This document shows positions 37,065-46,500 of a DNA stretch of 64,000 bases, piece by piece. The stretch comes from Pseudolabrys sp. (GTDB taxonomy: Bacteria > Pseudomonadota > Alphaproteobacteria > Rhizobiales > Xanthobacteraceae). Numbering within the stretch: the stretch's first letter is position 1; each line of letters starts with the position of its first letter. A program made the translations under genes and the position numbers. The notes beneath the pieces were generated by a model. The model had not been told where the DNA came from. It worked only from the letters and a program-made list of their open reading frames with translations, and did no database searches. The DNA lies in contig DASUGZ010000172.1 in the NCBI GenBank assembly GCA_036273755.1, positions 4,122 to 68,121 on the forward strand. The letters are read 5' to 3'.

Positions 37065-37067
37065 CGC

Positions 37068-37697
37068 TCACGACAGCGGGACGCTGCCGACCTGCTCCTT
37101 GAACGCTTTGCGGTTCGAGATCGCGCCATACCAACGGTCGAGGTTCGGCGTCGGCGGCCGCTCGGGAATGAGCTGCACGTAGCGATAGATCATGATGCCG
37201 ACCGGAATGTCGCCGTAGGAGAAATTGGGACCGGCCAGGAACGCGGTCTTGCCGAGCTGCGCGTCCATCATCTTCGCGGCGGCGATCGTCTTTTCCTTGC
37301 CGGTCGCGATGGCATTGGCGTCGCGCTTCTCGGGCGGCGTGCGGATCAGGCCCCAGAACACCGGCGTAATGGCGGGACCCATCACCGACAACTGCCAATC
37401 CATCCATTGGCTGGCGAGCGCGCGTTGCTTGGGATCTTTCGGCTCCAGCACGCCGGCCTTGTCGTGTTTGCCGGCGAGGTGACGCACGATGGAATTCGAT
37501 TCCCACAACAGGAAGCCGTCATCTTCCTCCAGCGTCGGCACCAGCCCGTTCGGGTTCATCGCCAGATAAGGGGCTTCCCTGTTCTTGCCGAAGGCGCCGC
37601 CGACATCGATGCGATTGCACTCCAAGCCCAACTCGCCCACCGCCCACATCGCCTTCTGCACATTGGACGATGTGTTGCGGCCCCAGACTTTGATCAT
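37068..37697 (-). CDS. glutathione S-transferase
   Basis: 209 aa. The N-terminal thioredoxin-like fold reads MIKVWGRNTSSNVQK...PNGLVPTLEEDDGFLLWESNSIVRHL. Confidence 0.9.
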   Translation of the reverse strand: MIKVWGRNTSSNVQKAMWAVGELGLECNRIDVGGAFGKNREAPYLAMNPNGLVPTLEEDDGFLLWESNSIVRHLAGKHDKAGVLEPKDPKQRALASQWMDWQLSVMGPAITPVFWGLIRTPPEKRDANAIATGKEKTIAAAKMMDAQLGKTAFLAGPNFSYGDIPVGIMIYRYVQLIPERPPTPNLDRWYGAISNRKAFKEQVGSVPLS

Positions 37698-37734
37698 GGC
37701 GGTTTCCTTCCCAGTCTGTTTTCAATGATTTGCT

Positions 37735-37935
37735 TTAGTCCAGCCGGCGCGCTTCTTCCGGCAGCATGATGGGGATGCCGTCGCGGATCGGATAGGCAAG
37801 CTTGGCCTTGCGCGAAATGAGCTCTTGCCGGCCGGCGTCGTATTCCAGCGTCGTCTTGGTCAGCGGGCAGACGAGGATCTCCAACAGCTTGGGATCGACA
37901 CTGGCTGCCGGCGGCTCGGTGGGTGGGCTGGACAT
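37735..37935 (-). CDS. Trm112-family (DUF343) small zinc-ribbon-like protein
   Basis: I prefer ATG 37935 (GAAAGG upstream) over the TTG at 37950. The sequence is [47 protein letters not shown]. Confidence 0.8.
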   Translation of the reverse strand: MSSPPTEPPAASVDPKLLEILVCPLTKTTLEYDAGRQELISRKAKLAYPIRDGIPIMLPEEARRLD

Positions 37936-37981
37936 GTGGGGACCTTTCAAAACGCAAATTACAGCGGCGCGAGGAGAAGCG

Positions 37982-38656
37982 CTACTGTAACTGCGACTCG
38001 CCTTCCGTATTCTTCTTGGCGAGCTCGATCTCGGTGATGGCGACCAGAAGTTCGGCGCGGGTCTTGAGGTCGGGCGCCTCGAGCAGCGCCTGCTTCTCCG
38101 GCGGTCCGTAAGGCGACATCATGGCGAGCGCGTTGACCAGCGCCTCGTTCGGCGCCTGGTCGATGCCCTCCCAGTCCGCCTGCAACTTGTTGGCCTTCAT
38201 GAAGGCGCGCAGCGCCTTGAGCACGGCCTCGCGGTCGACTGCTTCCTCGCCCTTGCGCGCGATGAAATCGTCGGCGAACGGCGCGTAGGTGACGCGGCAT
38301 TGCCGGTACTCGGTCTTCACCGGCAATTCGTCCTCGACGCGGAAACGGGCGACGCCGGTCAGCTCGATCAAGTAGCGGCCGTCGCCCGACTCCGCGAGCT
38401 GGGTAATGCGGCCGACGCAGCCGATGCCGAACAGCAGTGGCTTGTCGGTGCCGCCGCCATGCGCGACGTCGGGCTGGATCATGCCGACCAACCGGTGGCC
38501 GTCGCGCAGGGCGTCGTCGATCATGGCGAGATAGCGCGGCTCGAAAATATTGAGCGGCATCTGCCCGCGCGGCAGCAGCAGCGCGCCCGGCAGCGGGAAC
38601 ACCGGGATCACCTCGGGCAGATCGATCGGCCCACGATACTGTGCGTTCATCGGCAT
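37982..38656 (-). CDS. LON-peptidase substrate-binding (Lon N-terminal) domain protein
   Basis: 224 aa. It reads [34 protein letters not shown], typical of stand-alone LON-N-domain proteins. Confidence 0.85.
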   Translation of the reverse strand: MPMNAQYRGPIDLPEVIPVFPLPGALLLPRGQMPLNIFEPRYLAMIDDALRDGHRLVGMIQPDVAHGGGTDKPLLFGIGCVGRITQLAESGDGRYLIELTGVARFRVEDELPVKTEYRQCRVTYAPFADDFIARKGEEAVDREAVLKALRAFMKANKLQADWEGIDQAPNEALVNALAMMSPYGPPEKQALLEAPDLKTRAELLVAITEIELAKKNTEGESQLQ

Positions 38657-38707
38657 TTCATGTCACTCCGAGCCGGTGCCGTTCCGGCGCGAACGCATTT
38701 TAGCTGC

Positions 38708-38750
38708 GCATGATCTTTTCCGAAAACCGGTGCCCACTTTTCGGGATCAC
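38708..38750. repeat. Rhizobiales-type intergenic palindromic element (reads as '...PEKW.PVFGKDHAQ...' when translated)
   Basis: The sequence GCATGATCTTTTCCGAAAACCGGTGCCCACTTTTCGGGATCAC contains the inverted repeat CCGAAAA-N11-TTTTCGG. Track ORFs 38647..38868(-) and 38710..38901(+) translate it to the familiar spurious peptides RDPEKWAPVFGKDHAQLK and MIFSENRCPLFGIT. Confidence 0.5.
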
Positions 38751-38753
38751 GCG

Positions 38754-39656
38754 CTATGAGAACAAGATCGACGACAACTTCTTCCGGCCTTCGACGGTCG
38801 CCGCGTCGGTCGCGCCCCACGCCTCGAAGAACTGGACCAGCTGCTTGCGCGCGCCGTCCTCGTTCCATTTGCGGTCGCGCTTGACGATCGCGAGCAGATG
38901 ATCGGCGGCTTCCGCGCGCTTGCCTTTGGCGTTGAGCGCGGTGGCGAGGTCGAAGCGCGCCTGATGATCGAGCGGATTCGCGGCTACTTTTTTCTCCAAC
39001 TCGTCGATCGGTCCGACCGACTTGGCTTGCTCGGCAATTTCGAGCGCCGCTTGCGCAGCGGCGACCGCGGCATCGTTACGCTTGGCCTCGGGCACCATGG
39101 CCAGCGTCTTCTTGGCCTGTTCGAGATTGCCGGTCGCGACGTAGCAGCGCGCCAACCCCGCCAGGGCCGGGATATTGCTGCTGTCTTCCTTCAACAATTG
39201 CCCATAGAGATTGGCGGCTTCGGCGGCGTTGCCGGCGGCAAGCGCGACCTCGGCTTCCTTCAGCAGATCCTTTTCCTCGGGACTGACCTTGCCCTTGGTG
39301 ACACGTTCGAGAAACGCGATCACTTGACTCTCGGGCAATGCGCCCATGAAGCCGTCGACCGGCTGGCCGTTGGCAAATGCGATCACCGCCGGAATCGACT
39401 GGATACCCATCTGCCCCGGAATATCGGGGTGCTTGTCGATGTCCATCTTGGCGAGTTTGACCTTGCCCTTGGCCGCCTTCACCGCCTTTTCCAGGATCGG
39501 CGTGAGCTGCTTGCACGGTCCGCACCAGGGCGCCCAGAAATCCACCAGCACCGGCTGGCGCTTGGATTCCTCGATGACGTCCTTCATGAATCCTTGTGTC
39601 GTGGTGTCGACCACCACGCTTTCGGCCGCCGTCACTGCCCCGCCGTTTTGCAGCAT
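38754..39656 (-). CDS. thioredoxin-domain plus TPR co-chaperone (YbbN/CnoX-like)
   Basis: 300 aa. It has VLVDFWAPWCGPCKQL (a CxxC thioredoxin fold) followed by TPR-like helical repeats. Confidence 0.9.
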   Translation of the reverse strand: MLQNGGAVTAAESVVVDTTTQGFMKDVIEESKRQPVLVDFWAPWCGPCKQLTPILEKAVKAAKGKVKLAKMDIDKHPDIPGQMGIQSIPAVIAFANGQPVDGFMGALPESQVIAFLERVTKGKVSPEEKDLLKEAEVALAAGNAAEAANLYGQLLKEDSSNIPALAGLARCYVATGNLEQAKKTLAMVPEAKRNDAAVAAAQAALEIAEQAKSVGPIDELEKKVAANPLDHQARFDLATALNAKGKRAEAADHLLAIVKRDRKWNEDGARKQLVQFFEAWGATDAATVEGRKKLSSILFS

Positions 39657-39736
39657 AAACCCTCACTCATCGGACCCCGTAAGGGGCCGGTTCCATGCCG
39701 ATTACATGGGTGATCCGCCGCCCGAATGCAATCGGG

Positions 39737-40252
39737 TCAGGACGTGCCGGCCGGGCGGCCCGATACCCGCTCGATGCGGGGGACGTGCCCGGTCGATTCC
39801 AGGAACTTGATGAGGTCCTCGCGCTTGATCGAGGTGGTCATGGTATTGACCAGCGGGTGGTAGTTGAGCGCCGCGTGCTCCATCATGGCGGTGTCCAGCA
39901 CCACGGTGACGCGGCCGTCTTTGTCGTTGATAGCGCCGAATGGCGTCACCGCGCCGGGCTCGACGCCCCAGACCTCGCGCAGCAAATCGGAGGAACCGAA
40001 GGAGAATCGCCCGGTGGCGCCAAGCTGCCGGTGCAGACCCTTGAGATCAATGTCGGCGTCTTCCAGCGCCACCACCAGATAAAGCTCATGTTTCTTGTCG
40101 CGCAGGAACAGGTTCTTGGTGTGGCCGCCGGGAATTTGCCCGCGCAGCGCGCGGCTCTGCTCAACCGTGAACAGCGGCGGATGCTTGACCGTTGTGTGGC
40201 CGATACCGAGCTGGTCAAGAAAGGCAAAAAGCTGATCTGGCGTTGTCGGCAT
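39737..40252 (-). CDS. prolyl-tRNA synthetase-associated (YbaK/ProX-like) deacylase domain protein
   Basis: Start refined to ATG 40252 (MPTTPDQLFAFLDQLGIGHTTVKHPPLFTVEQS...GGHTKNLFLRDKK). The ORF-track N-terminal extension looks non-coding. Confidence 0.85.
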   Translation of the reverse strand: MPTTPDQLFAFLDQLGIGHTTVKHPPLFTVEQSRALRGQIPGGHTKNLFLRDKKHELYLVVALEDADIDLKGLHRQLGATGRFSFGSSDLLREVWGVEPGAVTPFGAINDKDGRVTVVLDTAMMEHAALNYHPLVNTMTTSIKREDLIKFLESTGHVPRIERVSGRPAGTS

Positions 40253-40312
40253 TTTGGCAACAAATGAGGCGGGAGCGGTGTTAATATCACGCGGGGGCAT
40301 GAGAGGTCGAAG

Positions 40313-40585
40313 ATGCGTTATCTGTTGCCTGTCGCCATTGTCGCGACTTTTATGGCTTTCCACGTGAGCCCGGCGCGGGCCTATGGGAATGAACCCTGGT
40401 GTTCGGCGGTGACATTCGATCATTCCGTGGTGAAGAATTGCCACTTTCGGACGTTTGAGGCTTGCCTGCAGGCGATCACGGGTGGCAACCGCGGTTTCTG
40501 CGAGCAGAACCCCGACTGGTACGGCCGGGTGCCTCAGGCCGAGGCGCCCAAAAGACGCCACAAGCGCCACGTTAATCGCGATTAA
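40313..40585 (+). CDS. DUF3551-like small secreted Cys-rich protein
   Basis: 90 aa. It has a signal peptide (MRYLLPVAIVATFMAFHVSPARA), then EPWCSAV...NCHFRTFEACLQAITGGNRGFCEQNP, and a basic tail. Confidence 0.75.
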   Translation: MRYLLPVAIVATFMAFHVSPARAYGNEPWCSAVTFDHSVVKNCHFRTFEACLQAITGGNRGFCEQNPDWYGRVPQAEAPKRRHKRHVNRD

Positions 40586-40604
40586 CGGGCTCAACCGGCC
40601 GCGG

Positions 40605-40633
40605 TTGCAAAGTGGTCAACCTTTTGGCTATAG
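40605..40633 (+). promoter_or_regulatory. candidate sigma-70 promoter for tRNA-Gly (TTGCAA-N17-CTATAG)
   Basis: It is a close match to the alphaproteobacterial CTTGAC-N17-CTATAT consensus and lies about 50 nt upstream of the tRNA 5' end. Confidence 0.35.
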
Positions 40634-40683
40634 GTTCGGCCTTGGCGGCCGGGCCTGCGGGTTCGGCCAGTTTTCTAACGGAT

Positions 40684-40758
<75 letters not shown>

Positions 40759-40813
40759 GTCTTCGCTGCTCCGCAGCTTCGACTGGCAAGCCAATTTTCG
40801 CGTAGCGAAGACT

Positions 40814-40846
40814 GCCCGCCGTAGCTTCAGCGAAGGCGGGCTTTTT
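40814..40846 (+). terminator. rho-independent terminator after tRNA-Gly
   Basis: GCCCGCC-14 nt-GGCGGGC is followed by TTTTT. Confidence 0.65.
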
Positions 40847-40851
40847 GATTC

Positions 40852-42579
40852 TCAATACCCCGCCGCGAGCGAGCCGCGGGTGCGGCGGTCGGCTGAGCCG
40901 AGATAGCCCAGCGGCGTGAACTCGGTTTTCGGAATCACCTGGATTGAATTGGCCGAACTGTACGGCTCGGTCGGCACAAGAACGTGGCCGCGCGCTTTGA
41001 GCGCATCGAGCACCGCCGGCGCAAAGCCCGGCTCGACGTAAGTCTGGTCCGGCTGCCACTGATTGTGCAGGCGCGGCGCGCCGACTGCCTGGTCGACCGG
41101 CATGTGGAAGTCGATGACGTCGACGATCACCTGCAGCACGGTGGTGATGATGCGGCTGCCGCCGGGCGCGCCGGTGATGAGAACCGGCTTGCCGTCCTTC
41201 AGGACGATGGTCGGCGTCATCGACGATAGCGGCCGTTTGCCCGGCCCCGGCAGGTTGGCGGCAAAGCCGATCAGGTCGTAGGCGTTGGCGGTGCCCGGCT
41301 TGGCGGTGAAATCGTCGAGCTCGTTGTTGAGCAGCACGCCGGTGCCGTCAGCGACCAGGCCGACACCATAAGAGAAATTCAGCGTGGTGGTGTTCGACAC
41401 CGCGTTGCCGTCGCGGTCGATGACGGAGAAATGCGTGGTGTTCTTGCCTTCGGTATCGGCCGGCTTGCCCGCCTTGATGGCGGCGGCCGGCGTCGCTTTG
41501 TCGATGATGCCGGCGCGCAGCGTCGCGGCGTATTTCTTCGAGATCAGGCCGGCAAGCGGCATCTTCACCTGGTCGGGGTCGCCCAGGTAGACGGCGCGGT
41601 CGGCATAGGCGCGTTTCATCGCCTCGATCATGTCGTGCAGCGCCTCTTCGCGCGGCAGCTTGCCGAGGTCGTAGCCCTCCAGCATGTTGAGCATCTCGAT
41701 CAGCGCGACGCCGCCGGACGACGGCGGCGGCATCGCGACGATGTCGTAGCCGCGATAGCTGCCGCGCAGCGGCGCGCGCTCGACGGCGCGATAGTTCTTC
41801 AGATCGTCCGCGGTCATGATGCCGCCGGCGCCGCGCACGGCGCTCGCAATTTCCTCCGCGACGCGGCCTTCGTAGAAAGCGCGCGGGCCGTCGTGTGCAA
41901 TGGCCTGCAGTGTGTCGGCGAGATCGAATTGAAGCAGCCGGTCGCCTTCGTGCAGCGGCTCGCCGCCATTGAGGAAAATACCGGCCGACGACGACCAGCG
42001 CGCCAGCCGCTCGCGCGCCTTGGGCAGCGAGTCGGCGATATCATCCTCGACCGGAAAGCCTTGCTGCGCCAGCCGGATTGCCGGAGCGATGAGGTCGGCG
42101 AGCGTGAGCTTGCCGGAGCCATATTTCTCGTGCGCCAGCACCAGGCCGGCGACGGTGCCGGGCACACCGATGGCCAGCCCGGAGTCGCGCGATTTCGCCG
42201 GGTCGGGATTGCCTTTGTCATCGAGGAACATGGTCGGCGTTGCCGCAGCCGGCGCGGTCTCGCGATAGTCGATCGTGGTGTCGACGCCTTTGGCGAGATG
42301 GATCACCATGAAGCCGCCGCCACCGAGATTGCCGGCGCGCGGATAGGTCACTGCCATGGCGAAGCCGACCGCGACCGCCGCGTCGACTGCGTTGCCGCCG
42401 CGATCGAGAATTTCCACGCCGATGCGCGCGGCGCGGCCCTCCTGCACCACCACCATGCCGTTGTGGGCAAAGATCGCCGTCGCCGGCGGAATGGCGGGCG
42501 CGCGGTCGACCGGTGCGACCTGGGCGTGGGCACCGGCGGCGAACAGCAACGCGGCAAATATGGAAAAGAAACGCCTCAT
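40852..42579 (-). CDS. ggt: gamma-glutamyltransferase
   Basis: 575 aa. It has a signal peptide and the autoprocessing-site context GKNTTHFSVIDRDGNAVS, plus GGSRIITTVLQV. Confidence 0.95.
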   Translation of the reverse strand: MRRFFSIFAALLFAAGAHAQVAPVDRAPAIPPATAIFAHNGMVVVQEGRAARIGVEILDRGGNAVDAAVAVGFAMAVTYPRAGNLGGGGFMVIHLAKGVDTTIDYRETAPAAATPTMFLDDKGNPDPAKSRDSGLAIGVPGTVAGLVLAHEKYGSGKLTLADLIAPAIRLAQQGFPVEDDIADSLPKARERLARWSSSAGIFLNGGEPLHEGDRLLQFDLADTLQAIAHDGPRAFYEGRVAEEIASAVRGAGGIMTADDLKNYRAVERAPLRGSYRGYDIVAMPPPSSGGVALIEMLNMLEGYDLGKLPREEALHDMIEAMKRAYADRAVYLGDPDQVKMPLAGLISKKYAATLRAGIIDKATPAAAIKAGKPADTEGKNTTHFSVIDRDGNAVSNTTTLNFSYGVGLVADGTGVLLNNELDDFTAKPGTANAYDLIGFAANLPGPGKRPLSSMTPTIVLKDGKPVLITGAPGGSRIITTVLQVIVDVIDFHMPVDQAVGAPRLHNQWQPDQTYVEPGFAPAVLDALKARGHVLVPTEPYSSANSIQVIPKTEFTPLGYLGSADRRTRGSLAAGY

Positions 42580-42594
42580 TTCATGTCCCGTTCG

Positions 42595-42658
42595 TTCCCG
42601 CGTAAGCGGGGACCCAGTACTTATAATTCATTTTCCTGGGTTCCCGCTTTCGCGGGAA
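42595..42658. repeat. nested palindromic REP/MITE-like element
   Basis: Two 23-nt arms, TTCCCGCGTAAGCGGGGACCCAG and CTGGGTTCCCGCTTTCGCGGGAA, are inverted with 2 mismatches around an 18-nt AT-rich spacer. Each arm is itself a CCCGC-N4-GCGGG hairpin. Translated, it gives the familiar spurious peptides WVPAFAGMS and IPAKAGTQ. Confidence 0.7.
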
Positions 42659-42673
42659 TGAGCGGGTAGAGTC

Positions 42674-43381
42674 TCACCGCGCCTGCCCGTGATAAACGGT
42701 ATTCGGCCGCATGTCGGTCGCCGATGCGACGCGGTTCGACATGTTGAAGAAGCCGGCGATCGCCGCGATGTCCCAGATGTCGCGGTCGGAGAAGCCGGCG
42801 CGGCGCAGCCGCTCGCGGTCGCCGTCCTCGACATTGGCCGGCTGCGCGGTGAGCTTGACGGCGAAATCGAGCATGGTGCGCTGGCGCTTGCCGAGCCGTG
42901 CGGCGCGGTAGTTCATCACGATCTGCTCGCCGAGCAGGGGATTGCCGGAATATTGTCGCACCGCCGCGCCGTGCGCGGTCAGGCAGTAGTAACAGCGGTT
43001 CTGCGACGACACCGCGACCGCGATCATCTCCCGCTCGAGCTTGGAGAGCCCGCTCTGGCCCAGCATCAGGTCGTTGTACATGGCGACGAAAGCTTCGAGC
43101 TTCGTCATGTCGAAGGCGTAGGCGATGAGCACGTTGGGGATGAAGCCAAGCCGGTCCTGGCATTTCTTGAAATAGGCGGCCATCGCCGGCGTCAGTTTGG
43201 CCATCGGCAGATTGAGCGCGATGATCGGTGCGTCGTCGGCCGCGGTGGCAACCGGCTTGGCGGGGGCGGGCTTGGACGCGGCCTTGCCGCCTTTGATGGC
43301 GCGCAGCGCGTGCTTGAGGCTGGGGGGCTTTGCGATGGCCGCTTTGCTGGCGGTTTTGGCTGACTTATTGGCCTTGGTCAT
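42674..43381 (-). CDS. carboxymuconolactone decarboxylase/AhpD-like peroxidase-related protein with Lys/Ala-rich N-terminal tail
   Basis: The start is ATG 43381, or alternatively TTG 43417. The core reads LSKLEREMIAVAVSSQNRCYYCLTAHGAAV (an AhpD-type CxxC). It is preceded by ~55 aa of K/A/P-rich sequence. Confidence 0.8.
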   Translation of the reverse strand: MTKANKSAKTASKAAIAKPPSLKHALRAIKGGKAASKPAPAKPVATAADDAPIIALNLPMAKLTPAMAAYFKKCQDRLGFIPNVLIAYAFDMTKLEAFVAMYNDLMLGQSGLSKLEREMIAVAVSSQNRCYYCLTAHGAAVRQYSGNPLLGEQIVMNYRAARLGKRQRTMLDFAVKLTAQPANVEDGDRERLRRAGFSDRDIWDIAAIAGFFNMSNRVASATDMRPNTVYHGQAR

Positions 43382-43587
43382 GCCCTCGCGTCCCTTGCTT
43401 TTCTTGCCCTTGGCCAAGACTACAATGTTCCGCTGCCGCGCGATACGACCCAGCCATCGAGCTTTCGCCTTGTCGGCCAGCAGCTTATCGCAGTAGCGAA
43501 AGTCGCCTGCACGGACCCGTCACCGTGCCGTCACCAAATGGTGTGTTGCTCTCGACGCCCCGACGCGGAAGGTGAAAACTCCAAATT

Positions 43588-46500
43588 ATGCTCGACCGAT
43601 TCTCTCAAGCCGCGTCCGGCTCCATGGTCCCCGAATACGCCGACACAGAGCACGAGACGGCGGCGCGCGCCGTCATCGAGCAGGCCGGGGCCGCGCTCGC
43701 CGCCCGCCGCGCCGACATTCCCCCGACCTTCGTGGCGCAGCTTTACGCGCGCGCGGTGGCCGAGGATGTGCTCCATTACGGGGCCGGCGATCTCGCGATG
43801 CTCGCCGAGCGGGCGTTCGATTTTCTCGACGAGCGCGAACCGAGCGTGCCGAAGATTCACTGCGAGACCGTGGCGCTGCAGGAATCGGGCGAACGCACCG
43901 CGGTTGGCGTTATCGAGATCGTCAACGACGACATGCCGTTTTTGTTCGACTCGGTGATGGGCGAACTCGCCAACCGTCACCTCAACGTGCAGTTGGTGAC
44001 GCATCCGGTGTTCGAAGTCAGGCGGAACGGCGCCAAGCTCGCCGCGCTTGGCGCTCCAGGCACCGCCGGCAATTCCCGCGAGAGCTTCATCCATATTGTC
44101 GTCGAGCCGGTCGCCGACGAAGCCGCATGCGCGGACCTCGTGAAGGCGCTCGGCGAGGTCTTGGGCGAAGTGCGGCTCGCCGTACTGGACTGGCGCCCGA
44201 TGCTCGAACGGGTGAACGGCATGGTCGCCGACCTCAAGACCAATCCGCCGGCGTTGCCGGTCGACGAGATCGCCGAGGCGATCCAGTTCCTGCAATGGCT
44301 GCTTGCCGACAATTTCACTTTCCTCGGCGTGCGCAACTACACCTTCGATGGCAATACGCTCACGGCCGATTCCGCCGGCGCGCTCGGCATCATGCGCTCG
44401 CCCGAGTTGCGCGTACTCAAGCGTGGCGCAGAGCTGTTGGAGTACACTCCTGAAATCATGGCGTTCCTGCGCGAACCGCGGTTGCTGATCATCGCCAAGG
44501 CCAACATCCACGCCCGCGTGCACCGCCGCGTCTATCTCGACTACGTCGGCATCAAGCGTTTCGACGCGTCCGGCAACCTGGTCGGCGAGCAGCGTATCGT
44601 CGGCCTATTCACCTCGACCGCCTATACCCGCACCGCGCACAGTATTCCCTATCTGCGCCGCAAGATCGCGAACATCGAGGCGCGCGCCGGCTTCGAGGCC
44701 AGCAGCCACTCCGGCAAGGCGCTGACCAACATCTTGGAGCATTACCCGCGCGACGAGCTGTTTCAGATCGACGACGAAACGCTCTATCATTTCACGCACG
44801 CCATCATGCAGCTCGGCGAGCGGCCGCGTGTGCGCGTGCTGGCGCGGCGCGACCGCTTCGACCGCTTTGTCTCGGTGCTGGTGTTCGTTCCGCGCGACCG
44901 TTACGACAGCGCCATCCGCGCCAAGATCGGCGACTATTTGAGCCGCGCATTCGCCGGGCACCTCTCTGCATTCTATCCGTTCTTCCCGGAAGGCCCGCTG
45001 GTGCGCGTGCACTTCATCATCGGTCGCTCCGGCGGCGCGACGCCGGTGGTCGATGGCGCGACGCTGGAGCGCGAGGTCGGGGCAATCGTCCGCTCATGGA
45101 TCGACGGATTGGGTGACGCACTGGCGTCGGTCAATCCGCCGGAGCGTGCACGGGCTTTGTTCGTCCGCTACCATGATGCATTTTCCCACGCCTATCAGGA
45201 CACTTATGCGCCGAGCGTGGCGGCGAGCAATATTCATCTCATCGAGGGTCTGGCCAAGGATCGGCCGCTGGGTGTCGATTTCCATCACCGGGTGCAAGAG
45301 CAGCAACGCGCAGTGGGCCTCAAAATCTGGAGCCTTGCGCGCCCGCTACCGTTGTCCGAACGCGTGCCGGTTTTGGAGAACATGGGCTTCAAGGTCGTCG
45401 ACGAGCGCACGTACCATATCGAGCCGAAAGGCGACGGCGCTTCTACCGTCTGGTTCCACGACATGCTGCTGGAACGTCGCGACGGAACGGCGATCGATCT
45501 CGACACCGGCAAGGCGCGGCTGGAAGCGGCCTTCCTGATGGTGATGCGCGGGCTCGCCGAAAACGACGGCTACAACGCGCTCACGCTGGCCGGCGGTCTT
45601 GGCTGGCGCGACGTGGCGCTGATCCGCGCATTGTCGCGCTATCTGCGCCAGATCCGCGTGCCGTTCTCACAGGACTATATGTGGGCGACGTTGGTGAAGC
45701 ATTGCGTGGTCGTCGACGACATCGTCGAACTGTTTTACGCGCGCTTCGACCCACGCGCGGGCGCCGCGGAGGAACGCGCCGCCAAGCAAAAAGCGATCAT
45801 CGAGGGCATCGAAAAGGAATTGCAGAATGTGCAGAGCCTCGACGAGGACCGCATTCTGCGCCATTTCGTCAACGTCGTGCAGGCGGCGATCCGCACGAAT
45901 TTCTTCCAGACCGACGAAGAAGGCCTGCCGCGGACGATGATCGCCGTCAAATTCAAGAGCGGCCAGATTGCCGACATGCCGCTGCCGCGCCCGCTCTATG
46001 AGATTTTCGTCTATTCGCCGCGCGTCGAAGGCGTGCATCTGCGCTTCGGCAAGGTGGCGCGCGGCGGCATCCGCTGGTCGGACCGGCCGCAGGACTTCCG
46101 CACCGAGGTTCTCGGGCTGGTGAAGGCGCAGCAGGTGAAGAATGCGGTCATCGTGCCGGTCGGCGCCAAGGGCGGCTTCGTGCCCAAGCATATGCCGATG
46201 GGCGCGCCGCGCGACCAGGTGCAGGCCGAAGGCGTTGCGACCTACAAATTGTTCATCTCAACGCTGCTCGACATTACCGACAATATCCATCACGACGGCA
46301 CGATCGTTCCGCCCGATGCGTGCGTTCGCCACGATGACGACGATCCTTATCTCGTCGTCGCCGCCGACAAGGGCACTGCGACATTCTCCGACATCGCAAA
46401 CGCCATTTCGATCGAACACGATTATTGGCTGGGCGATGCCTTCGCCTCCGGCGGTTCGGCCGGCTACGACCACAAGGCAATGGGCATCACCGCGCGCGGC

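Noticed and set aside
40759-40812. 9-bp inverted repeat GTCTTCGCT...AGCGAAGAC directly after tRNA-Gly, considered as a genomic-island att site
   Set aside because: There is no integrase, no direct repeat of the tRNA 3' end and no foreign-looking genes downstream; ggt follows immediately. It is more likely part of the tRNA 3' processing or terminator structure.
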